Assembly (NCBI GenBank): GCA_028690055.1
Contig: JAQVBZ010000002.1
Span: 29,978-93,977, forward strand
Direction: 5' to 3'
DNA: 64,000 nucleotides
DNA from: Minisyncoccota bacterium
GTDB lineage: Bacteria > Patescibacteriota > Minisyncoccia > JAHIHE01 > JAGLIN01
This document shows positions 51,430 through 59,229 of the stretch, piece after piece (the stretch's first letter is position 1; every line of letters begins with the position of its first letter). Below the pieces are notes generated by a model. That model was not told where the DNA came from and did not search any database. It worked only from the letters and a program-made list of their open reading frames with translations. Both the position numbers and the translations under genes were made by a program.

Positions 51430-51714
51430 ATGGAAAAGACCTATTATATCTATATTATGACTAACGTTACCAACAATGCCCTGTATATCGGTGTCACTAA
51501 TAATCTACGAAGACGAGTCTACGAACACAAAAATAAACTAGTGGATGGTTTTTCTGCGCAATACAATCTTTGTAAGCTGGTTTATTATGAATCAACAAAC
51601 GATGTCCGTGCCGCCATTGAGAGAGAGAAACAACTGAAAAGATGGCATAGGGAGTGGAAGATGAACCTGATAAAGGAAAATAACCCTGAGTTTGATGATT
51701 TAAATATTAATTAG
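51430..51714 (+). CDS. GIY-YIG nuclease-domain protein (UPF0213 type)
   Basis: YYIYIMTNVTNNALYIGVTNNLRRRVYEHK is the GIY-YIG motif. The track start 51412 is a TTG; the ATG at 51430 is preferred. Confidence 0.8.
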   Translation: MEKTYYIYIMTNVTNNALYIGVTNNLRRRVYEHKNKLVDGFSAQYNLCKLVYYESTNDVRAAIEREKQLKRWHREWKMNLIKENNPEFDDLNIN

Positions 51715-51747
51715 TATCGTATCGTTTTGACCTTATTGAGTGTTTCA

Positions 51748-52172
51748 TGCTGAACTCGTTTCTGTATTTTTGTCATTCTGAACTTGTTTCAGAATCTTCT
51801 GTATCTTTCGCTTTGACTTTGTTTAATTCACTTCACTTAATATTACGCTTTTTAGAATAGCGTGGAATCATCCGTTTGATGCGGGATAGATATTTTTCGT
51901 GATAGATAATGAGGATCCTGAAACAAGTTCAGGATGACAAAGTAAAATAGTAAATTGCAGAAACTATTTCTCTTGTGATGTGTCATCCCGAATCTATTCC
52001 TGTATTTCTGTCATTCTGAACTTGTTTCAGAATCTTCTGCATATTTCGCTTTGACTTTATTAAATTCACTTCACTAAATATTACGCTTTTTAGAATAGCG
52101 TGAAATCTTCCATTCGATTCGGGATAAATACTTCCAGTTATATACATCAAGGATCCTGAAACAAGGATGACA
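51748..52172. repeat. Tandem duplication (2 x ~239 bp, about 85-90% identical) of a family-2 MITE; each unit has TIRs TGTCATTCTGAACTTGTTTCAGAATC / GATCCTGAAACAAG(TTCAG)GATGACA
   Basis: Unit 1 at 51748..51940 and unit 2 at 51987..52172, aligned by eye. Each contains hairpins ATTCTGAA-cttgt-TTCAGAAT and ACGCT...AGCGT. Confidence 0.75.
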
Positions 52173-52256
52173 AATTATCTTCTTCCTTGCTGAGAGTTAA
52201 GTTGCTCTATCAAAAAAACCGCCTTTCAGGCGGTTTTTATATTGTCCAAACGATTA

Positions 52257-52451
52257 TTACATCAAATCCTTGATATCTTTGCCCTGCTTGATAGCGGTGC
52301 TGATACACTTGGCACAGACCTTGATCTTTTGTCCATCGATGTTCTTAGTCTGGATATTGATTCTCTGGGTTCTCTTGGTTGCAATGTTGGAGTGGCTGCG
52401 GGATTGGCTGGATGTTGTGCCTCTCTTGCAAACTTGACATGTTCTGCTCAT
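52257..52451 (-). CDS. rpmB: 50S ribosomal protein L28
   Basis: MSRTCQVCKRGTTSSQSRSHSNIATKR matches the L28 N-terminus (MSRVCQVTGKRPxxGNNRSHAxNATKR). Confidence 0.9.
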   Translation of the reverse strand: MSRTCQVCKRGTTSSQSRSHSNIATKRTQRINIQTKNIDGQKIKVCAKCISTAIKQGKDIKDLM

Positions 52452-52524
52452 ATGAAATAATTAGGTTATTATGTTTCGATAATTGCTACGCAATACTTAG
52501 ATATCTTAGACTATATTATTAATT

Positions 52525-53181
52525 TTGGCAAGTATGATTGTAACTATTCAGATTTTTGGTTTTCTTGTTCTGATTTTCTCGATAGTCATCCACGAATTTT
52601 CGCACGGATGGATGGCAGATCAGTTGGGGGATCCGACGGCGCGCTTTATGGGAAGGCTGACGCTTAATCCGATTCCGCATATTGATCCGCTGGGGTCGGT
52701 GATTGTGCCATTATTCCTTTTGCTGACAAGGGCTGGTTTTGTTATCGGTTGGGCCAAGCCGGTGCCGTATAACCCTTACAATCTCAAAGACCAGAAGAAG
52801 GGGCCAGCATTGGTGGCGCTGGCAGGTCCGCTTTCTAACCTAATGGTTGCTGTCATTTTTGGGGTGGTAGTAAGACTACTTGTTGCACAGGGCAATACTG
52901 CTAATATGACGATTGCACTGTTCGATTTAATTATTCTTTATAATGTCATGCTGGCGATGTTTAACCTGGTGCCGCTTCCTCCTTTGGACGGTTCCAAAAT
53001 ACTTGAGGCTATCTTGCCACAGTCGATGCGGGGGGGTATGCAATTTTTGGAAAAGAATTATATGCTCTTTTTGCTGATTTTCATTTTCTTTGGCTTTCAG
53101 TACATCGCGCCTGTTATGGCAATTCTGTATTACGTTATAGCGGGAGTTCCAGCGGGGAATATGCTAACTTTAGTATTATAA
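52525..53181 (+). CDS. Peptidase M50 family (site-2 protease-like) membrane metalloprotease
   Basis: HEFSH (HExxH) in TM1 and LNLVPLPPLDGSK (the LDG motif of M50). Confidence 0.8.
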   Translation: MASMIVTIQIFGFLVLIFSIVIHEFSHGWMADQLGDPTARFMGRLTLNPIPHIDPLGSVIVPLFLLLTRAGFVIGWAKPVPYNPYNLKDQKKGPALVALAGPLSNLMVAVIFGVVVRLLVAQGNTANMTIALFDLIILYNVMLAMFNLVPLPPLDGSKILEAILPQSMRGGMQFLEKNYMLFLLIFIFFGFQYIAPVMAILYYVIAGVPAGNMLTLVL

Positions 53182-53566
53182 TACAGACACAGCAGGAGGC
53201 TTCGATTGATTCTTTGTTATTTCTGTGTAGGCGGGCGTCTATGGTTTATTCTTTAATTTTCTTAAAGAATAAAGCCTATATCTTTTCTATTTTATTAAAT
53301 CATTTCTCATTTTTCTTGTTTTTCTTATTCTAGATTCCCGCCTGCGCGGGAATGACATAAGCTATAATTGCATAATGAGGGGGGGGTAAGTTTTTGGCAA
53401 CCTAAAGAGGTGTCTTAACCGCTAATTTTACGCGTTCTTGACATCATTCAGCCTTTCTGCTAGTCTGATAACAAGGAAAAACTCGTTAATAGCTATACTC
53501 ACATGGGTCTGCTAACCCTTGTGTGATTTTGTTTCGTTAGTGTTTTTTAAGTAATCAAAAACAAGA

Positions 53567-54001
53567 ATGTCAACCATACAACAGCTGGTTAGAAAACCAA
53601 GAAAGAGCACAGCCAAGAAACCAAAATCTCCGGCATTGCTTAGGAATTTTAATTACATCAAGAACAAGCCGACTGACGCTACCCGTGGTGGGAAGAGGGG
53701 AAACCCTTTCAAGAGAGGCGTCTGTGTTAAGGTTGGAACCATGACTCCTAGAAAGCCGAACTCGGCGCTGCGAAAGTTTGCCAGAGTCAAGCTAACCAAC
53801 GGCATGGAAGTTACCGCTTACATCCCGGGAATCGGACACAACCTGCAGGAGCATTCCGTAGTTATGATCCGTGGTGGAAGAGTTAAAGACCTCGCCGGTG
53901 TGCGTTATCACATCGTTCGTGGTGTTTTGGATGCGGGAGGTGTTGAAAACCGCAAGCAGGAACGTAGCAAGTATGGAGCTAAAAGACCTAAGAAGGCGTA
54001 G
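53567..54001 (+). CDS. rpsL: 30S ribosomal protein S12
   Basis: [12 protein letters not shown]...[10 protein letters not shown]...[18 protein letters not shown]...[17 protein letters not shown]. Confidence 0.95.
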   Translation: MSTIQQLVRKPRKSTAKKPKSPALLRNFNYIKNKPTDATRGGKRGNPFKRGVCVKVGTMTPRKPNSALRKFARVKLTNGMEVTAYIPGIGHNLQEHSVVMIRGGRVKDLAGVRYHIVRGVLDAGGVENRKQERSKYGAKRPKKA

Positions 54002-54002
54002 A

Positions 54003-54146
54003 ACCTGTCTGAAAAGTCCTTTTTCTACTGCAACCGTAAAATTTCGGCTGCAAAAGGTTCAAGTCTCGTCTACGTTATTAACCAATTTCACTTTTTTCGT
54101 TCGAAATTTTACGGTTTCGTGACGAAAGTGACTTTCCAGACAGGCT
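54003..54146 (+). promoter_or_regulatory. Structured rpsL-rpsG spacer: nested inverted repeats CCTGTCTGAAAAGTC / GACTTTCCAGACAGG and CCGTAAAATTTCG / CGAAATTTTACGG
   Basis: A 175-nt spacer versus under 100 nt in most bacteria. Candidate S7 translational operator or inserted palindromic element. Confidence 0.4.
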
Positions 54147-54176
54147 CTTAAATCATAAATTAGTTATCTAATCAAA

Positions 54177-54644
54177 ATGGGAAGAAGAAAAAAAGTATAT
54201 ACCAGGCACTATGAGCCGGATTTCAAGTACAACAATGTACAGGTCGGACGCTTCATCAATTACATCATGCAGGATGGAAAGAAGACTGTCGCTTCCAAGA
54301 TTGTTTACGGAGCTTTCGATATCATCCAGGACAAGACCAAACAGGACCCGATCGAGATATTCGACTCGGCTATCAATAAGGTCGCACCTATCTTGGAAAT
54401 CAAGTCCAAGCGTGTCGGTGGGGCAACCTACCAGGTCCCGATGGAAGTCAGGGGCAATCGCAGGATGTTGCTAGCTTTCCGTTGGATGCTGATTGCGGCC
54501 AAAGCGCGCAAAGGCAGGCCGATGGCGGAAAAACTGGCAGCGGAAATTCTGGACATCCAGAATGGTACCGGTGCTGCTATCAAGAAACGAGACGATGTAC
54601 AGAAGATGGCAGAATCAAATAGAGCATTCGCGCATTTTGCATAG
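54177..54644 (+). CDS. rpsG: 30S ribosomal protein S7
   Basis: MGRRKKVYTRHYEPDFKYNN...KRVGGATYQVPMEVRGNRRMLLAFRWM...AHFA. Confidence 0.95.
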   Translation: MGRRKKVYTRHYEPDFKYNNVQVGRFINYIMQDGKKTVASKIVYGAFDIIQDKTKQDPIEIFDSAINKVAPILEIKSKRVGGATYQVPMEVRGNRRMLLAFRWMLIAAKARKGRPMAEKLAAEILDIQNGTGAAIKKRDDVQKMAESNRAFAHFA

Positions 54645-54654
54645 TAAAATCATA

Positions 54655-54680
54655 AAAAAGGACTTTGTGTCCTTTTTTTG
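54655..54680 (+). terminator. Rho-independent terminator after rpsG
   Basis: AAGGAC-tttgt-GTCCTT followed by TTTTTTG. Confidence 0.6.
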
Positions 54681-54848
54681 TTTAAAGGCAAAAACTATTC
54701 TTTTTAAGATAAGAGCGTGCGTTTAGAGTAGCAGCTCTCGTGTAAAAATAAATTCTCTTGACACGAAGCCTGTTATTATGTTGCTTTAAAAAATCAGAAC
54801 GGTTATAATGAAGTTAATGAAGGAGGGTTTTATAAAATTTAAAATTTT

Positions 54849-56174
54849 ATGCTCAATACAAAAAGGATTCGAAAGTCATTTCCTGCCATACGGTGCGGAA
54901 GAATGATTTCCAATAATGCTGCAAGCACCCAAATTCCGGTCCAGTTATTGGATTTGATGAAAAAGCTTGCCGTGAGTTATGATAATGTCCATAGAGGGCA
55001 GTCTCGGTCTTCGATATTGACGACAGAAGCGTTTGAGTCATCTTATGACACTATCGCGCAATTCATTGGTGCTCCGTCGCGGAGGAACATCGTGTTGTAC
55101 AGGAATACCACGGAGGCAATCAACGCCGTAATGTATTCCCTGATGACTGAATTTCACGATGGGGATAATGTGGTTACGACGTACATGGAACATAATTCGA
55201 ACTATGTCCCGTGGTACGGGCTTACGCATGAGATATTGCCTAAGTTTGGAATTAATGTCGAATGCAGGCTCGCAAAATTTGACAAGGAAACAGGAAAACT
55301 CGACCTTGATCATTTGAGCTCGCTGGTGGACAAGAAGACCAAACTTGTCTGCTGTACGGGAGCTTCAAACTTTTTGGGTACCAAAACTCCGATAAAAGAA
55401 ATTCGAAGGATAGCGGATGCGAGCGGATACAAGCAGCCGACAGGTGAGAATAAATCCTACCTACTTATTGATGGTGCTCAGACTGTTCCGAACACCTATA
55501 TAAATGTGAAGGAATTGGATATCGATTTTCTTGCCTGGTCTTTTCACAAGATGATTTCTCCTTTCGGTGTCGGAGCTTTGTATGCGAAAGAAGACTTATT
55601 GAAAAATATGAGGCCGTTTCTCTATGGCGGGGATATGATTGCCGACGGGATGGTAACGCCGGAGAAAGTGTCATATAATTCGCTGCCTTGGAAGTTTACA
55701 GCAGGGACCCCCAATATTCTGGGAACCATATTGTCCGCTCAAGGTTTGCGATTGCTTATGGATTTTTCTTTAGACAAGAAAAAATATTTTATGACTGGCA
55801 AGGCGCTGGATTCTTCCGATATAAAGACAGCTATGGAAAATATAGAAGCGCACGAAACAGCTTTGATAGGAGAAGCGATGAAGATACTGAGCGAAATTCC
55901 GTCACTTAAAATTTATGGACCAAAGGATCCCAAGGATAGGACCTCTTTGGTTTCTTTTAATTATGAAGGCATAAGCCCCTTTAAGATTGCGGAGGAGCTG
56001 AATGAATTCAATGTAGAATCCAGAGCCGGATGCCATTGCGCTACTCTGGCACACTACTACTATGGTTTGACCTTACCGGCAAGTTGCAGGTTGAGTTTTT
56101 ATGTTTATAACGACATTAAAGATGTTAGAAAGGCTTGCGATGCAGTCAAAAAATGTGTACAATTTAAGAGCTGA
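54849..56174 (+). CDS. Class V aminotransferase, cysteine desulfurase-like (SufS/CsdA family)
   Basis: PLP fold; the Lys-bearing motif SFHKMISPFGVGALY (SxHK) and the C-terminal Cys-loop region ...SRAGCHCA... 441 aa. Confidence 0.85.
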   Translation: MLNTKRIRKSFPAIRCGRMISNNAASTQIPVQLLDLMKKLAVSYDNVHRGQSRSSILTTEAFESSYDTIAQFIGAPSRRNIVLYRNTTEAINAVMYSLMTEFHDGDNVVTTYMEHNSNYVPWYGLTHEILPKFGINVECRLAKFDKETGKLDLDHLSSLVDKKTKLVCCTGASNFLGTKTPIKEIRRIADASGYKQPTGENKSYLLIDGAQTVPNTYINVKELDIDFLAWSFHKMISPFGVGALYAKEDLLKNMRPFLYGGDMIADGMVTPEKVSYNSLPWKFTAGTPNILGTILSAQGLRLLMDFSLDKKKYFMTGKALDSSDIKTAMENIEAHETALIGEAMKILSEIPSLKIYGPKDPKDRTSLVSFNYEGISPFKIAEELNEFNVESRAGCHCATLAHYYYGLTLPASCRLSFYVYNDIKDVRKACDAVKKCVQFKS

Positions 56175-56199
56175 ATCCTAAAGAACTAAAATAAAAAAC

Positions 56200-56625
56200 A
56201 TGCAACAATGTTCAATCTATGATAAATCTCTAAGATTTTCTAGATTTGTTTATAGTGTTATGGTTTTGTGTGCATATTTCCTCCAAGACAAATGGCTGGT
56301 TTTGACTGTAAGTATCTTAACGATTATGGGCGCATTTTCTTTGAGTTTTAATATTCCTTATCATCTTCACAGGCTTTACTCAAAGAGAAATAATATTGGT
56401 CCGTCAAATAAGGATTTCGGAGAGCTGAGCTTCGTTTCTGGCATTACCGGTATATTGCTTCTAGCAGGATTCCTGTTATTGCAGTATACTGAATATACTA
56501 CTTTCGCTTGGGCTTATATCTTAGTAGTTGTCGCGATGTTATTTATGGCCTGCCTTGTCGGTTTTTGCGTAGCGACGCTGATGTATATCCTTATAAGAAA
56601 CAAATTCAATCATAAACGTGGCTAA
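56200..56625 (+). CDS. Hypothetical membrane protein (4 predicted TM helices)
   Basis: Hydrophobic ORF abutting the HK gene. Confidence 0.45.
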   Translation: MQQCSIYDKSLRFSRFVYSVMVLCAYFLQDKWLVLTVSILTIMGAFSLSFNIPYHLHRLYSKRNNIGPSNKDFGELSFVSGITGILLLAGFLLLQYTEYTTFAWAYILVVVAMLFMACLVGFCVATLMYILIRNKFNHKRG

Positions 56626-57944
56626 TGAGTTTAAAAACAAAAAATCAAATCACACCGAGAGAGGCCGTAAAAAGCTGTAATTTTAATAGCAGTTGCTGGC
56701 TAGTGGACAATCTTCAATATCCTCCCTATAAGCGCTGTCAATACTGCGAACTTAAGTTTCGCAAGTGTTTGTTCCTGCAATATCAGGTTATTACTTTCGT
56801 TTTGATAGTCTTTTCTTTTTCTTCGCTGTTCTTATTCGAAAAAAGGATATCGCCTCCTGTAATCATAGTCGTATTCGTTATGGTTGTCGTTTATGGATAT
56901 TTTTTCAATAGCAGCACTGAAAAAATCATCAAGTCTCATTTTTTGGAAAGAAAAGCTAAAAATGAGTTGAAAGAGCTTTCGGAAAAGCTGGAAGAAAAGG
57001 TTGAGGGGCAGACAAGAGATATGCGGGAACAGAATTTGCATTTAGAAGAGCTTTTGAATATGAAGGGTGATTTTTTGCGCACAGTAAATCATCAGCTCAA
57101 TACTCCGCTGACGATAATGAAGAATGCCTTTGCTATGATGAAAGACAAATCTCTTTCAAGCGAACAGGGGATGAAAATAGCCGCACATGGGCTGGAAAGG
57201 ATGAGCAGTACGATTGAGGATTTTTGGAATGCCTTCGAATTGGATGAGCAGAAGGAGCCTGTGGATCTGGCTGAAACGGATATAGAGACGATTGTCAAAG
57301 ATATGATGAAGGAGAAGAAAAAAATGGAGCTGGCTATTGCCAGGAAACTATCGATCAGATTGATTAAGCCGGATTGGGCTGTGCCGAAAGTATTGTGCGA
57401 TCATAGGACGATAGGGCAGGCGATTTCCAATTTGTTGGATAATGCGGTCTTTTATACTCAGAAGGGGTCAATCAAGGTCTGGTTTGAAAAGATAAGGATA
57501 TGTGGGAAGGATTTCCTAAAAATATTTATCTCAGATACGGGAGAGGGCATTTCTCTGGAAGACCGGGAAGATATATTTGAAAAATTTTTCAGAGGTTCGG
57601 CGACAGCCTCCATCAATCCGAATGGGTCGGGGCTCGGTCTCTATATAGCAAGAAATATCGTGGAAAGCAGTGGGGGGGAGATTAAGTTGGAGCAAACAGA
57701 TGTAGGCAGAGGTACTACTTTCAGTTTCACTCTGAGAATCGCAAAATCAGAAAATAAGGCGAAGAAGTTGGCTTCGAAAAGGGCAGTCGCTGATTGCGGT
57801 AAAAGCGCTCAAAGACAGCCCGATGGTGGAAAAGTTGGCAGCGGAAATTTTGGACATCTGGAACGTAACGGTGCCGTTATCAAGAAACGAAGTGATGTGC
57901 AGGAAATAGCAGAATCAAACGGAGTGTTTGCGCATTTTACATAA
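56625..57944 (+). CDS. Sensor histidine kinase (HisKA + HATPase_c) with a C-terminal extension derived from a duplicated rpsG 3' end
   Basis: H-box FLRTVNHQLNTPL; N, G1 and G2 boxes (LLDNAVFYT; SDTGEGI; GSGLGLYIARNIVE). The last ~49 codons are about 85% nt-identical to rpsG 54489..54644. Confidence 0.8.
   Translation: MSLKTKNQITPREAVKSCNFNSSCWLVDNLQYPPYKRCQYCELKFRKCLFLQYQVITFVLIVFSFSSLFLFEKRISPPVIIVVFVMVVVYGYFFNSSTEKIIKSHFLERKAKNELKELSEKLEEKVEGQTRDMREQNLHLEELLNMKGDFLRTVNHQLNTPLTIMKNAFAMMKDKSLSSEQGMKIAAHGLERMSSTIEDFWNAFELDEQKEPVDLAETDIETIVKDMMKEKKKMELAIARKLSIRLIKPDWAVPKVLCDHRTIGQAISNLLDNAVFYTQKGSIKVWFEKIRICGKDFLKIFISDTGEGISLEDREDIFEKFFRGSATASINPNGSGLGLYIARNIVESSGGEIKLEQTDVGRGTTFSFTLRIAKSENKAKKLASKRAVADCGKSAQRQPDGGKVGSGNFGHLERNGAVIKKRSDVQEIAESNGVFAHFT
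57799..57944 (+). repeat. Direct repeat: degenerate copy of the rpsG 3' terminus (54489..54644), with indels; the last 23 codons are in the S7 frame (AVIKKRSDVQEIAESNGVFAHFT versus AAIKKRDDVQKMAESNRAFAHFA)
   Basis: Manual nucleotide alignment: gctgattgcgg...cgcattttacataa versus gctgattgcgg...cgcattttgcatag. A terminator-like hairpin follows both copies. Confidence 0.85.
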
Positions 57945-58094
57945 ACAAAGAAAAAAGAATCTTTTGATTCATTTTTTTGTTGTATGTGCTATAATAATTA
58001 TAGAAATATATTATTAGCAATAGACAGTGGATAACGGAAAAGTGGCGTTAGATTCCACCGTGAAGTTAGATCGTTAGGGGGGGGTAATAAACCA

Positions 58095-59186
58095 ATGACG
58101 CAAATAAAAAATATGGAAATTGAGAAAAAAGAACAGGAATCTCTTTTTGACTATTATCATTTTACAAAGACTGAAGCAAAGAAATATATCGTCTTGGAGA
58201 GGGTTTTTGTAGAACTTACTCCGAAGAAAATACGGCAGAAGGTAAATGCTCTACGGGGTTTGGAATTGCCGGACGAGCTAATGAAATGGATTAAGGAATA
58301 TGACAAAATAGGCAGGCGCAACCCGCTTACATGGAAAAGAACATATGGACATTCCTGTATAGTGAATTTTTCGGATGCCACGGTTGAGAATCGGGCATTT
58401 CTAGAGAATACTAAGTTTCTTATGTTTATGTTTATAATCCTCCTCGATGATGTTGCGGATGTTTGGCAAAGTAAAACCTTGTTGGATGAAATATTGAAAA
58501 TTCCCTATGAGGAGAAAGATATAGACTTCAACAAATTGGATGAGAGAGAGCAAAAATATCTGAAATTTACTTTAAAACTTTGGAAGAATTTGCTTAGAAG
58601 GCTTAAAACTTTCAAGAACTATAAAGAATTCGAGGGATTGTTAGAATATAATATCAGGCAGATGCTTCATGGGAGAAGGTACGGTTATTTGATGAATAAA
58701 AAGCCGTGGCTTATTAATAAAATCGAGTTACAGTCATATCTTACTGCCAGTGTTTGCAGCATGCAAATTCTGGAAGACTTCACTATTGATTTTATGTTTG
58801 CTCAGAACCTTGCTATCAGCGAGTATGGCAAGATAAGAGAGCTGACTTTCAGGACACAGCAGATGACTAGAAGAGGGAATTGGGTAAGCGGTTGGATTAA
58901 GGAGATAGAAGAATTGGATTTTACGAGCGGAGTGGTCGCCTATGCTTTAGATGAAGGGGCTATTACTTCTGAGGACTTGTTGAATACGACTAGGGAGAAC
59001 TATATGGTTGTTGTTGAAAAAATTAGAAAGTCAAATGCGGAAAAAGAACTTTTGATGGAGTGGGAAGATAATTTTCATAAAAATATTGAGACAGCAAAGA
59101 AGATTAAAAGTATGAATGCTGAAAAATACGTTTTGGGAGTCGAGCAGCTCCTTGGCATGGTGTTGATTTCGGCACACGCTTCGTAG
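58095..59186 (+). CDS. Hypothetical protein, 363 aa, with a single DDxxD (LLDDVAD) motif
   Basis: ORF from the track between two orphan HK genes. No confident family assignment. Confidence 0.5.
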   Translation: MTQIKNMEIEKKEQESLFDYYHFTKTEAKKYIVLERVFVELTPKKIRQKVNALRGLELPDELMKWIKEYDKIGRRNPLTWKRTYGHSCIVNFSDATVENRAFLENTKFLMFMFIILLDDVADVWQSKTLLDEILKIPYEEKDIDFNKLDEREQKYLKFTLKLWKNLLRRLKTFKNYKEFEGLLEYNIRQMLHGRRYGYLMNKKPWLINKIELQSYLTASVCSMQILEDFTIDFMFAQNLAISEYGKIRELTFRTQQMTRRGNWVSGWIKEIEELDFTSGVVAYALDEGAITSEDLLNTTRENYMVVVEKIRKSNAEKELLMEWEDNFHKNIETAKKIKSMNAEKYVLGVEQLLGMVLISAHAS

Positions 59187-59229
59187 TATATCGCGAATTG
59201 TTTACGGTAAAAATCTAAAAAAGCTTACA

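Noticed and set aside
54030-54080. tRNA-like GGTTCAAGTC T-arm-like sequence in the rpsL-rpsG spacer
   Set aside because: No acceptor, D-arm or anticodon-arm pairing could be built. The sequence is part of the nested inverted-repeat structure instead.
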